Below the pieces are notes generated by a model. The model was given only the letters and a program-made list of their open reading frames with translations, did not search any database and was not told the DNA's origin. A stretch of 64,000 bases of DNA. Source: Sphagnum compactum (taxonomy: Eukaryota). The position numbers were made by a program, and so were the translations under genes. Location of the stretch: assembly GCA_965153455.1 (NCBI GenBank), contig OZ234493.1, forward strand, positions 16,172,213 to 16,236,212, in the 5' to 3' direction. Shown piece by piece: positions 1-13,089 of the stretch. Positions within the stretch are counted from its first letter, which is position 1, and each line of letters begins with the position of its first letter.

Positions 1-749
1 TTTACTTTAATATGTTCATAATATGAACTATTATGTGTTTTATATAAATTGAATACATATTAAATATACTCTGAATGTAATCCATAACACCTTAGTGCTG
101 ATAAAATGTATAGGTTCACCACACAAAAAAAACCAAGTTATAAGTAATTCTGCGACTAAATGAACATAAAGGCCTATACTTAAATAAAAACTCAAGAAGC
201 TAATCAATATGGAAAGATGTATAATTTAAGAATCACACCATAGTTCCAAAAATAATAATAAAATTAAAAAGATGCTTACTAGTTGTAATGATAAAACACA
301 TTTGCAAATGACAAACAATCCCATATAGCTACAAATTGGATGGTTATATAATACAAGATTTTTAATCATGTTTGGAGTGATGAATGGGTAAATTACCCAT
401 AAAAACCTTGCCAATATGTTCTAAGTTTGACCTTTTGTCTTATTGCTCCCCCATTCCTAACTCAAATTTAATGTGAAAGACATAACTTGAAAAAAAAAAG
501 GATTGTATGGAGGCCGTCCACATTCTAAAAGGTGTAAATGTGTCCATCCAAGGCATCTTCATTCTCTTGGGGCCCACTTTGATTGTCTTTTTTTCTCCTC
601 AAGCCTTATTCATGGTTATTCATAATGTTGTTAAAAAAGGTCACCAAGCTCCCATACTTAAAATGAACTCCCCACTAAAGGGTACCAAAACAAGTTTTTT
701 TTAAAAATTTGGGCTATCGACCTCTATTCCATACTTTAAGGCTCTAGGG

Positions 750-1230
750 CTAGGACTCAAGGGGCGTAGGCGTATGGGGCTATATATAGGCTTGAGGGCT
801 AGGGCTATGGGGTTTATGGGGATTAGGTCCATAGGGGCCTAGGGCAACAATTGGGGCTAGGTGGCTATGAGGGCTAGGGCTATGGGGTTCATGGAGCTTA
901 GGTTTATAGGGGACTAGGGCAATTGGGGCTAGGTGGTTATAAGGGTTATGGGGGTTATGGGTCCTAAGGGTATGGGGTTATATATAGGGCTATGGGGGCT
1001 AGGTGGTTATGGGCTATATATAAGGTTATGAAGGCTATGGCTATGGGGGCTAGGTGGCCATGAGGCCTAGGGTTATGTGATTATACATAGGTCTAGGGCT
1101 ATGGGGGCTATGGCGCTTAAGTCCATGGGGGCCTAAGGCTATGCGGCTATATATGGGGTTCCGAGGGTTAGGGCTAGGGTTAAGGACTATATGGATAGGG
1201 TTAGGTTTGGCTTTATAGGGTTTGGGGTTG
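750..1230. repeat. Degenerate G-rich tandem low-complexity repeat (GGGCTATG/GGGCTA-like units), grading into TTTAGGG-like motifs
   Basis: Dozens of imperfect GGGCTA/GGGGCTAT/GGGTTA units with strong G-strand skew; no ORF of 60 aa or more. Confidence 0.8.
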
Positions 1231-1609
1231 AAACAACCTTTATGTGCTTTGAATCTCAGGGTTTGACTTCAAAAGTATAATTTTAGGGTTTAGGTTTTAT
1301 GTTTGGACATTTTAATGGTTGATTTTTGGATTTATGGGGTTAATTTTAATGTTAGGGTTTGAAAATCAGCCCAAATGGGTGGGTTTGTATGTAGTTTATG
1401 TTAGATACAAGAATGGAGGTTAAGGCTTTCATGGGGATTATATAAAGAGGAGGTCTTCCTTCTTCTCTTCCTTTTGTTTTCATTCCAAACCTTTAGAGAT
1501 GTCTTCCTCTAGCTCCTTAAATAGTTCTTTTTCAAATAGTGATGATTTCATTTCATATTCAAATTCAACTTTTGGAAGATATGGACCAAAATGACTTTGT
1601 CATTTTCAA

Positions 1610-1800
1610 TTGATGGCGATGGCAACTTCTAACTCCAATGATTTGTTCATTTCATGTGAAATGAAGGAGAGGGCGGGGCAATCTATAGACTCAACCCTTG
1701 GAATTCAAGATGTCTTGGGTACTATGCAAACCATACCAACATTATTCAAAACTTTGATGAACTTTACATTGGAAATCATTAATATCAACATTGAGTTCAA
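1610..1800 (+). mobile_element. Possible PIF/Harbinger-like transposase N-terminal relic
   Basis: Translation GIQDVLGTMQTIPTLFKTLMNFTLE resembles the 'FKTLTNFTxxEF' start of Harbinger-type transposase ORFs from memory. It is short and truncated, and no catalytic motif is seen. Confidence 0.25.
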
Positions 1801-4490
1801 GGACCTTAAGAGATCAAGGAAATTGATGGAGGTGAATGAAAATTTGACATGAAATCCTAAGTGACAACTTATGGATAATGTTTCATAGTTTAAAGGACTC
1901 CGTCCTAGGAGGTGGGCCTAGTGCGAAGTTTGGCAAACCATTAACCTAAAAAACCATGGTTGATCCAAAATGTTGCTACTTTTTGGCTGTGTTGTAATAT
2001 TCACCCATACTTTTGCCCTTACAATTAACCTAGGCCAAAAATGACAAAGAATGTAGGTATGCAAAAAAAATTCTTGCAACCAAGGAGTTGAAGCAACATG
2101 CATTGGGGGGTTAGGTTTTTTTTCTTTTTGGGGAGGGTGGGGATGCTGAACTTTTGTTCCCACTGTGTGCCCATCACATTCCCCAACATGTTCTCAATGT
2201 GTCCCTCAACATATGCTCGTTAGCTCCTCAATTTATCCCATATTCTTTGCCCTAAGGTCTAGGCTTGAAAACCTATATATCTAACCCAAAGGAGGAGATT
2301 ACACCATATCTATCGTGGGATTCTCCAAAGCTTGATTATTATTATTTTATTGATGGTCCAATCAAAGATGCCCAACAACAAAAAACAAAAATGAAAAATG
2401 AAAAAACTTGGGGGGTTCCCTCAACTAATTAATATGTCACAATGCACTACCTGGTAAGGTACCTCAACAAAGTTTTTTTTATCACTTCACACTACACTTC
2501 ACAACCAGGGCCCACACATAAATGATATTTGAATTTACATGGGACGGCATTTGGATATTTTTTGAGGGCGGTCAGCATTTCCATGGTCATGTTCCCTCAC
2601 CATAGTGTAAAGGGGGCCTAAGACTGTTTAATATTCATTAATCATAAAGTAATGGCGATTCAAAAGACACTATACATGTTTGACATGGAGTAATAATCAA
2701 CACAAAGAATACAGAGCATTACACTTGAAGGTATCTAAATGACGAAACTATGGGGAATAGGACTTCAATCCATACTATCTTTGCAAAGAAGAAAGTGATC
2801 AAATAAGACTTCCTTGCAAAAGCTTCCATGTCAAGAAAGGCCCACAACATGAAAACACACACTTTCCCTCCGTCATTCACCCCAGAGAATTTGGAGCAGA
2901 TTTTGTGATGGTGGTTGTTGTCATGGTTTCGACTATCAGCTCTTTGAAGATCTTGCCACACACCTTCTTTAACCTTGTTTATATAGACAAGGGGTTATAT
3001 ATCCGTAGTATCGTAGTGTCTTTGGCGCATGTCAGTTGAATAATTAATTAATCATGAAGAGTCCATTTCAAAAAAAGAATATTCCAAAATATTCTTTCAT
3101 ATTTTTCATATTCCTTGACAAAAAAATTCTCTTTGAAGTTTTTTTTTTGTGAAAATTTTGGCATTTAGAAAATAAAATAAAATGGTTTGTGCTGTAGCTG
3201 CCCCGGTTCTATCGTAGTATATAAAATATACACAAGTGTGAATGGTCTTGGAAAAGGCTTGTGCCTAGGTTTGAAGAAAAAACCTTTTGACCTTGTTAGT
3301 ATTGGTGGGTTGAGTTACTTATTGTGAGGAATTGTGTTGAGTGAACTAGGCAGTTTTAATGGTGTAATAGACCGGTTTCCATAGGCCTTTGTAATTAAGT
3401 GTGAAGAAGAAAAAACCTTGATTAATGAGATTGTCGGAATTGAAGGCTGGAATTGTTTTGAAAAGTTTGTCAAAAATAAAAAGAGGTTAAACAATTTGAT
3501 GTTGTGGTTCAAAGAAGAGAGAATTTAATTTTGAAAATCTTTGTTTGTCTCTTGTGTACATGACACTTAATTTGCATGCAAAAAGACATGCAAATTGGAG
3601 TGAGGTGTTAAGTGATTGAGTGAAGAAACTCGAAGTGACATTGCTTCTTTGAATCGGAGGAATCTACTAGGATACTTTAGTAGCATGTTTAAAACCTTGC
3701 AAACTCATCAAAACCCTTGCAAAACTTTATTTATAAACAAACTGCTGATTCAGAAAATGTACAAAGGTATTAAAAAAAAAGTAAAATAATAATTTAAAGG
3801 ACATCAAGTTAGCACAAACATGATGTCAAAATCTGTTTTGACAACTCAACAACCGACTGCAACAATCTCTATGGTAGGCATGAAATGACTGTTTCTCATT
3901 GGCCAACGACAACCATGATTGGCCCAGGTGGTGAGAGTTCAATAGTCTCTCACTTGGTACAGTTCAATTTTTCAGGTTCATGGGTGGGTGATGCGGGAGA
4001 AACTAAACAGTGCACACTGGATGTAGTAAATACTAATAGAGGGCTGCCCTTGGGCATGCTCTAATAACCATGTATAGTGTAAAGAATATGTACACATGTA
4101 CAGGGTCTCTGGAAAAGGCTTGTCTGTGCGTTGAGTGAACCAGCACACACTGATACCAGTGTAAAAACCTCAAAATTCATGGTTAAATTTTTTTAAATAT
4201 TATATTAATTATGTGCTGTTAAGACTAAAATCAGGGTCTCTGAGTCCAAACATAACATTTTATTGGTGTAATGTGCCCACTACGAGGCCTCACTGGACTG
4301 GACGAGGTGATGGATGGTACCAGCATGGGTGCTAGTTCAGTTCATCCTGGCCATCTGTCTCTATTTGGATTGAGGTCTGTATAAAAATCACTAAACTACG
4401 CTGTTAACTAAACATAGGCAAGTAGAAGAGTACCTACCTATTTATTTGGGTAAGTATCAAAAGGAGGTAGAGAATGTTAAGTGATTCTTT

Positions 4491-4965
4491 CCCATTGTGT
4501 GTTTTGTGCTTTCAGGTGTTGTTTTTTGGTTTGGACTTTGGTCCTTTCTTTTTTCTTCTCTTGTTACTGACGATGGGTTCAGATCTTAGGTTACTTGATT
4601 TCTCCTCCTCTTAGGCCTCCCTATTGTGTGTTTTGTGCTTTCAGGTGTTGTTTTTTGTTTCGGACTTTGGTCCTTTCTTTTTTCTTCTCTTGCTACTACT
4701 GGTGATGGGTTTAGATCCTAGGTTACTTGATTTCTCCTCCTGAGCCCCCCCCATTGTGGGTTTTGTGCTTTTAGGTGTTGTTTTTTCTTTGGACTTTGGT
4801 CCTTTCTTTTTTCTTCTCCTGCTACTGCTGATGGGTTTAGGTCCTAGGTCAGTTGATTTCTGCTCTTAGCCTTCCCCATTGTGCGTTTTGTGCTTTCAGG
4901 TGTTGTTTTTTGTTTGGACTTTGGTCCTTTCTTTTTTCTTCTCTTGTTCCTTTGCCCGGTGTTTT
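4491..4965. repeat. Tandem repeat, about 127-bp unit, about 3.7 copies
   Basis: Unit CCCATTGTG..TTTTGTGCTTTCAGGTGTTGTTTTT..TTGGACTTTGGTCCTTTCTTTTTTCTTCTC restarts at about 4491, 4619, 4750 and 4875. Confidence 0.9.
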
Positions 4966-7055
4966 TCCTCTTTATTTATTTATGTAGTAAATAGGTAAGT
5001 AGGTAAGACATGGTGGCTATTAGGTATGCAGACATATGTAGATCTTTAATACATAGTTAGTTACCATGGCTCTATAGCTATGGGACAGTAATTTAACAGA
5101 AAATCATTTTCTGTCCACACACCATCCATCCTGCAGGTGCCCTGGTGATCCATGTTTCTCCACCCTGGCCAGGTTAATAGTGTTTAGCCCTAAATTCTTG
5201 AGCCACAAGTCACTACCAATCTTGAGTGAGTTGGTCTTATATTTCTTGAGCTTTACTTTTTTATTAGATGGTTGGCGATGAAGGAGTCACATCCTTCTCT
5301 CTAAACAAAGGGGTTCATGTGGGAATTTGGGGATAATTATTATTAATAAATACATTAATTAAGGCTTGAGATTAACCAATAGTTATATTAGGACAATTAG
5401 CTTACATTGTTCGGTCAATAAAACTCTTAAAAATTAATTATAGCTGTCCATCTGAAGTATTAAGTGCATAGGAAGTAAGCTCGATAGACATTATTATATG
5501 TATTATGGATAATGGAAGGTCCTCAATTGTCAAATTTTTTTGGATGCTAGTTGGACTTACTTAAGATTTTTTAGAAAAGAAAGGCACTTTGGACATATTT
5601 TGAAAGATTCATGTTGCCAAAAACTGGGTTCACAAGTGGCCCAGAAAGCCACATGTTCCTCCAATCAAAATTACATGAGAAGCCATTTTAGGCATATATG
5701 GGAGGGTAGCCCTATTGCCACTTGAACACATTTTATAATCTATTAGGAAAAAAAAAACCCTGCTTGGAATCGGTTAACTGCATGCCTAACGGTGAGCATA
5801 ATGGGCAGGACTTGACCATTCCATAGTACATTTTGGTACATGTTATTAACAGTTGTATGATCATCAATCACCAGAAGATTATTTGCATATAATGTGGTCA
5901 ACAAAATGACATAATCTGCCACCCTAGACCTTAATTGTTAGAACACAGCCTGCATCTCTTTTGTAAAACCTTCTTGTAAATGGATGAAAATTTCTATAGC
6001 CCTCCTCTCCATGGACGAAAATTCATAACCATTCTTTGTCCACATGATAAAGTTATCCATAAAGTCACCCTCTCTTTCACCCTCTATTCTCTCTGCTTTC
6101 ACCCCCCTATCCCCTCTTTGAGTACTATCTGCAAAGTAAGGAAATTTTATTAAATCTCAGTATGAGAAGATGCTGAAACTCAGCATTTAATTGCACAAGG
6201 TTCGAGAGTAATTAGAGTAGTTGTATAGGTAGGAGTGGTGAAAATATATGTAGCAGCAGTGAAGGCGCTCAGAGAAAAGGAAAGAGGGGATGAATCTCGG
6301 TTTAACATCAAAATTGGTGGAAAAACTAGTTTGGGTCCCAGTTATTTCGTTTTGTAAAATTTCATTGCCAGTTAAGCATTTGATACCCTATTATGCCGAA
6401 ACTGGCCGTTCTCGCCCCCTGGTCGCCTGATGATTTCCGGATGACTTTGATGTATGCAAGACAAAAGAGAGAGGGAGAGGTTATGCATCTTGAGAGATGA
6501 GGGGAGGACCAATCAGAAGCTTGAAAAGCTCTGAGTAGAAGGTTATGTGTGTAAAGTCCCGGTTTTTACTTATTTATTTATTTATAAAATTCAATTTTGT
6601 GGTTTTGAAGGCGTGGCGATTTTTTTTCATTTTTCCAGCAAATTTTTTTTCTAATTTCCATTTTAGAAAAACAGAAATTTTCCACAAAAAAAATTTGTCG
6701 CCGCATTGAGAAAATTCGCCACAAAAAAAACGCTGATAGCCAGTAGTATTCTTGTCTGTATAGCCATTAGTACAGGTGTTGGCTCTTATTACGAGTGTAG
6801 ATCATCACCGGAAGATTCTGGTATATAATATGGCCGAGAAAGTCACAAAATCTGCCACCCCAGATATTAGTGTCATGGAATGTCCTCGCTCCTTGCCCAT
6901 TATGCCGCGTGCGTCGTCGGCTAGCGCGCCCTAACGGGGGCTCCACTTCGACCCGTTCTCTACGCACACAAGAAGCGCAGCGCACAACACTGAAGGCTCT
7001 TTGGTTGCTCAATTTCTCTTGTGCGCGCGTCCTCGGTTTTGCAGAGAGGCTGACA

Positions 7056-10000
7056 ATGTGGAGATGTTGTGAGAATTTTTCTCCTCTTAAATACGCTCTC
7101 TCTTCCACCTTACTTCCTTGCTGCCGCTTCAGCTCTCACTTCAAAGCTCCCTTCTCATCTCACTGCCATGGAAAAGGGGGAGCAGCAGCAGCAGCAGGTG
7201 CAAGGAATGAGAAGCTTCGGGTGTTTATTGTCGCAGGAGAACCTTCCGGAGACTTGATTGGCAGTCGCCTAATGGCATCTCTCAGACGTCTGTCTCCCAG
7301 ACCATTGCAGTTCGCTGGTGTTGGCGGGTATGTTGGTGCTTTCATAGCCCGCCCGCACGCACGTGATCAATTTGTGTTGGCTTGCTGTGTCTGCGTTCTT
7401 TTGTTTGTTTTGCTGATTTCGGGTTGAGTTTGTTGAACGAAATTGCAGGAACTTGATGAAGAGAGAAGGATTGGTTTCGGAGTTTCCTATGGAAGATATT
7501 GCTGTCATGGGAGTTGCAGAGCTGCTCCCTCACCTTCTTCGCATCTGGGTAAGACTCTTGCTCATGATAGTCATGACTAATTCGATCTTCTCTCTCTCTC
7601 CATGGATGTTCTCAAAGAGATGGATTGTTTGGAATTGATTTTATGTAGCAACTGTAAGCGATGAGCAAACAGTGTGATTCTCATGCATTAGCGCAATTGT
7701 GCATCAAGACTAGAATGTGCAACAACACTCTAGTCTCTGATGCTTTGTGCAACATCAACTGTCATAGCAACACTCTCTGTAGGTTAAACTATAGCTGGAA
7801 ATTGAGCTCAATTCTTTTGCTCAGTGTTCTGCTGAAACTCTCTGAAATAGGTGCGCCTGCGGCAAACAGTTACAGCAGTGATGGACTTCAGACCACATGT
7901 AGTTGTGACAGTGGATGCCAAGGGTTTCTCATTTCGTGTTCTTCGCAGCATCACAGGTAATTTCTCCTTGTCATGGACTCTCTCTCTCTCTCTCATGGTC
8001 ATATTCATGGTCATGTGCAATTCCTGATTACTGCAAGGTGGGAGATTTTGCAGCCTTCCAAGTTCCAAAAGAGCATTCATTTTACTCAGAAGTGCTTGCT
8101 ATTGATGTAGTTTTCTTATCTTTCTAGATGCATACAGGAGATTGGGAGTGTCACGGCCACCTTTAGTGCATTATGTGGCACCCTCATCTTGGGCCTGGAA
8201 AGGTGGGGAAAACAAGCTGAAGAATTTGGCTGACACATTGGACCATCTACTGTGTATCCTTCCCTTTGAAGCAGCACTGTTCAAAGCTCATGGGATTAGG
8301 GCAACTTACGTTGGGCATCCTGTTTTGGAAGATGCTTTTACAAGTGTCGCTGTATGCACTTCCTGGTGCCTGAGCCCTCTTGCATCTGTAGTTGACACAC
8401 AAAACATGTACCAGTTGAAACTTGGTTGCTTACTCACAACATACATTGTATGAACATAGTTCTGTACACCCCCATTGGCAGATCCTGAAAACCATTTCTC
8501 CTTGGGTACAGTGAAAAGCCACAGATTTGTCTGGAATTTATTTATTTATTTTTGTTTAGACTACACAGGACATCTGAACGTCATTTAGGGTTACTGAGAA
8601 CTGGTATTTGTCTCACAGACTGGAGAGAACCCTGCACATTGCAGATGGTGGATCAAAGGAAGTAAAAGCTGTTCTCGACAAGATTTTGGATTGCAATCTG
8701 GTATGTTTGTTACATCTTGTAACTTCCAATGGCAATATAAACCTAGCAGGAATTTCTCCCTCCAACAGTTTGCTATGCTTCACAGGTCATTTCATGGATC
8801 AATGGAGGGTTTGGTTCAAAGGAATTCATTCCAGTTGTTACTTGACTCCTCACTACCAGACTATGACCTTACTCCACACACAGCAGTCCTCATGAATTGG
8901 TCCCCATATGCAATAGAGCATTTGCCATTCGAATCACTGTCTGTAGCCTTCTCTTTTCTGTGCATCTGTAAATGATTCTCATCAGTTCATATGCCATCCT
9001 TTGACTCCAACTTGAACATTCCATGATGCATGTCTCCCTTTCCCCTTGTTGTGATCAAAGGCTTCTTGTCAAACTTATTGGGTCCAAAGGAAATTAAGGA
9101 CATTAACTTCTTCTGATAGCAACTGTAGGCTTGAGAAGTCAATTCATGTCAGAGATTTGTGATACTACTCTATGTGCATGTCCTTCTGACTTTATTCTCT
9201 GCACTGGTTTATTGGATAGCAGGGTCAACTGTGGTTTGCGTGTTACCGGGAAGTCGAGCACAGGAAGTAAAGCGGATGCTGCCTCTTTTTGAATCAGCAT
9301 TGGATCTTCTAGCAGACAAGGTGCCAATGTTGACAGCAATCATTCCAACTGCACCTAGTCGTGTCATCACAGACGCAGTCACAGAGGCAGTGAAGGGATG
9401 GAAGACACCTAACATTCTGCTGCCTTATGCTTCAGAGAAAGACAAGTACAGTGCTTTTGCTGTAAGTTTCAGGACCTGTGTAGACCTGTCCAAAGAAGCC
9501 CATATTCACGTGAGATCTTTGTTCAGAGTTCTAAATATATCAGAAGGACCTACACCATGCTTGTGGCAATTGGTTCTACTTACTCTTCCTTTCAGATTTT
9601 CTGTATTTCTCCTGTCATCTTTGGCATTGAGCAATTGCGGTGATGTGCTTTTTACTTTTATTTCAGGCAAGTGATGTCAGCTTGTGCACATCTGGGACCA
9701 CTGTGCTACAGCTACAAATGGCACGAGTACCTGCAGTTGTAGCTTATCGTGCTCACCCTCTGACTGAGTGGCTCATCAAGTCACGTACAAAGTTGCACTA
9801 CATTTCACTGCCCAACATCTTACTGGATTCACCAGTAATTCCTGAGGCCCTCTTTGCTGATTGTACACCCAAACGACTGTTTACCCTTTTGTGGTACACA
9901 ACTTGCCTGTTCTCACATGTGCTTGTGCATTTGACCAAACTAGCTTTGAACAGGTAGTTAGATGCATCAGGTCAGGTGCTAGTGGAAATTAACCTTTTTG

Positions 10001-10351
10001 TCACTTATTTCATGTCACTTGTTAACTTTCTGAGAGCCTGATATTTGAAAGTTGGTGAAGATTAGAAACATTCAAGTTATATTCTTTCATTTTGTCTTGG
10101 GATTTCACACTTCGAGTCCAAACTAACTCGGGTGTATGCTATACTTTCTCAGTCAAGTATTGGAAGACAGTGAAGTGAAGGAGCAACAAGCAAAAGCAGC
10201 AGAGCAAGTGCTATCCATGCTGGTCCCTCCCCAACAAAGTGTGCAAGAATCTACTGGGTCTTTGTGTAGTGTTGAAAATGTTTTTGACTGGAGACCAAGT
10301 ATGGCTGCAGCATCAACTATCTTGACTTTGCTTCAAATTGATAAAACATAA
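7056..10351 (+). CDS. LPXB: Lipid-A-disaccharide synthase (glycosyltransferase family 19), probably mitochondrial; 8 exons, about 482 aa
   Basis: Exons 7056-7327, 7449-7548, 7851-7956, 8128-8351, 8619-8700, 9223-9461, 9667-9893 and 10153-10351 have GT-AG introns and join in frame (1449 nt). LpxB motifs present: VFIVAGEPSGD, IAVMG, VTVDAKGF, HYVAPSSWAW, CILPFE, YVGHP, LPGSRAQEV, SGT and ISLPNILL. The Ser/Arg-rich N-terminus resembles a transit peptide. Confidence 0.95.
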
Positions 10352-13089
10352 GTTATTGTGCATATGCGATGCTTGTAATTTGTCATGCTTGTTTCATGGG
10401 TACTGCATCTTAGGCTTTGTCACATGGCTCCAGTTAAGGCAAAGTCAATCTTACAAGAAATTCTGCACAATATGACACAAAGTCCCTTCAAATTTGGCAC
10501 CAACGGTTTATTCCTTTGAAGCCAATTATCAGTTGATCTGAGAGCCAACCTTGTGTCATCTGCACATTGAATCTAGAACAGTGCTTTATACTAGCCTGGC
10601 AGAGAAGGCTCACCATTTCCATGGTGCTTTTGCATTTTCTGTGAGGTTCCGGTCAAGGTCTTCTCAAATCACAATGTGCTTGCAATTCATTGCATTGACT
10701 GAATTTGACCCTCAAGGAAATAGTTATGTATGTGTGTCACTATTGACACATTGCGGACAAATGAATTGGATAGAGACACATGCAGCTACATCTTCTTTGG
10801 TACTTTGTTTCTGTCATATGACTTGTACTTTCAGCTTAGCAATACATTATCAACAGACTGAAGAACATTTTCTTCTTGCAGTTTGCAGATGCCTGCATAC
10901 ATGTTTGATTTGTGAGACTAAATTGAAGCTTTCATCCAAAACATTGTTATAATACTATGCAGGAAGGCTTTGGAGCACGAGAGTTTGTGTGCTTCAGCTT
11001 TGCACTATGAAATCTGGTCCTTTGCACATGTTGGTCTCTCTAGAAATACATTATAGCAGGTAAGAAGTGGCAACATCCTTACCCTAAAAGCTTGAGATGG
11101 GCTACTACTTACAATCATGGTTGAATTTGGGATGCATGATGCTCAAATTGATACTCTTCCAAGATTATTGAGCTGTGTGGCCCAGATTGCCCTTGCTCTT
11201 CAATCTCCTCATTCAGTCAGTCTGAGACATCATTGATGAAGTGATACCTTTGGTGGCACCATCTCTGGTGGCTGTAACAGACCTGCTGCTTTGCTGTAGC
11301 ACAGCGTGTGCTGTAGTAAGCTCTCTTTCACTCTTGTAAGACCAGCTTGAAGCAAAGAGAACAGCAAGGAAAGACTCCTTGCCACCGCTCTTGCCTTCTC
11401 CTCCACAGCTTTCACCATCTTCACTGCCATCTCTATATCTCCCTCCCTTGTTTGGCCCCTGCAAACGCCCACTTCCCAGAGATCATTAACATTATTGTCA
11501 TGTTGAACATCCCCGCTGCAACTTCTTATCTACCTTCACCTCCAGCAATCTCCTGCCTAACAGCTTCCTCATCACCACTATATCCTGAATTTCCTTCTCT
11601 AGAAGCTACTGACAGACACCTCTTCCATTAACAGTAATAACATATTCTCTCTTGGGTTCCTCACTGCTTCTTCCCCCCACTACTTCTACATGGGGCTCCA
11701 ATTCTCACAGTGATGAGGAATCATCAGCACAAGTACCACCCGCCCTCACCTGTCCTCCTACCATGGACTCAGTTGATGCTAGTCCAGTATCACCCACTGA
11801 TCACCTTGAAGCATTCATGGCTCTACTGGTGCAAAGGAGGGAAAAAAACAACACAATTCAGAAAAAGAACGAAACAACAAGTATGATACCACAACAGACA
11901 ATGAAACATCTGCTACTGCCAACTATGCAAACTGTTCATGTGATCAGTGCAACCCAAGGCTGCTGCTGTTGCAACCACAAGTTTACTTCAGAATACCAAG
12001 AAGCTCAAGAAGACAAACCCAGGATCCATTATGTGGTAATCACTTGCAAACATATGGACATATTCTCTTCAAGTCTTTAGCTTTTCACTTTCATTAGTGC
12101 ACAAAATTGGGACAGCATTCTCTGGATCAGACAATTTGAGCTCCATTTGGAGAGAGAAGTATGCACGTCATCAATCATCACAGAATCTCAAAATTATAGA
12201 GCCTAGCAGCTCAGTTGAAGCTGAGATGCTTGCTCCCAGTCAAGGTCACAGGACTCAATAGGACATTGGGCTTTTCAACAAAAGTCTCAGTTAACAGAGT
12301 CTAGTCTGTAGCTTCAGAGCTTGATGAAAATGCCTCATATGTTTTGTTGTAGAAATAACCTTTCTCTTATGGTCAAGAAGATGTTCATACATTTGAATTC
12401 CAAGGTGCCATGGCTATGGATTTCTCACATTCAAGTTTCAGATACAGCTGCTGCTGCTGCATCTAGGTCTTTAAGAAATGCAATTCTTAATTTTTGTAAT
12501 CCATAGAGTGCTGCTGAGGAGTGATTTGGTCTGGAAAAAGGTAGATGCAAAACTGCTGGCTCAGTTTTCATGGTTCAAACAATTACTGAAAGACAAACAT
12601 GATGTAGCAGTTGTGGGTTGCTTCTTGCGATGAGATAGATCCACAACCTATGGGTGCAGAAGGATCAGAAGGTCCACAACTCTTGGGTGTGCAAGGAAGG
12701 ATCCCAATCTCCTCTCTCTCTCTAACATCTTTTGTGGCTCAATACACAAAATTGGATGTAGCAGTGTAATCCAAGGCAAATCAGATTGCTTCTTGAAAGG
12801 TTGATCATTAATACAGTGAGAGACTCCTGATCAGGATGCTGTAAAGATTAACCACTCTTCGAGAGCAGACATCTACATCACAAAAACACATGTGGCAAGG
12901 GTCTCACAAGTCTACCATATCTACTACTAGTAGTAGTCTGGAAGCACATTTTTCTCACTTCATTTTCCCAGAAGCAAAATGCTGCTTCAATCTACTGAGA
13001 GAAGTATTGCATACGTTCATCATTAGGGCATAGTTTTTCTCACTATAATTCCTCCTCATATGTATAATTTATATGGGTCTCACTGTTAC

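Noticed and set aside
2625..3054. Solo LTR (TG...CA ends, TATA-like motif)
   Set aside because: No target-site duplication and no second copy in the window.
4491..4965. Regular repeats (also 13090-13425, 41628-42600 and 58060-58620) as CRISPR-like arrays
   Set aside because: The units are contiguous degenerate tandem copies with no unique spacers, there are no cas genes, and the context is eukaryotic.
11213..12080. ORFs 11213-11464, 11230-11472, 11347-11631 and 11652-12080 as a separate protein gene or a kinase exon of the LTP-TM gene
   Set aside because: No recognisable domain or kinase motif, and stops occur in all minus-strand frames right after the 11826 acceptor. Treated as a possible UTR exon only.
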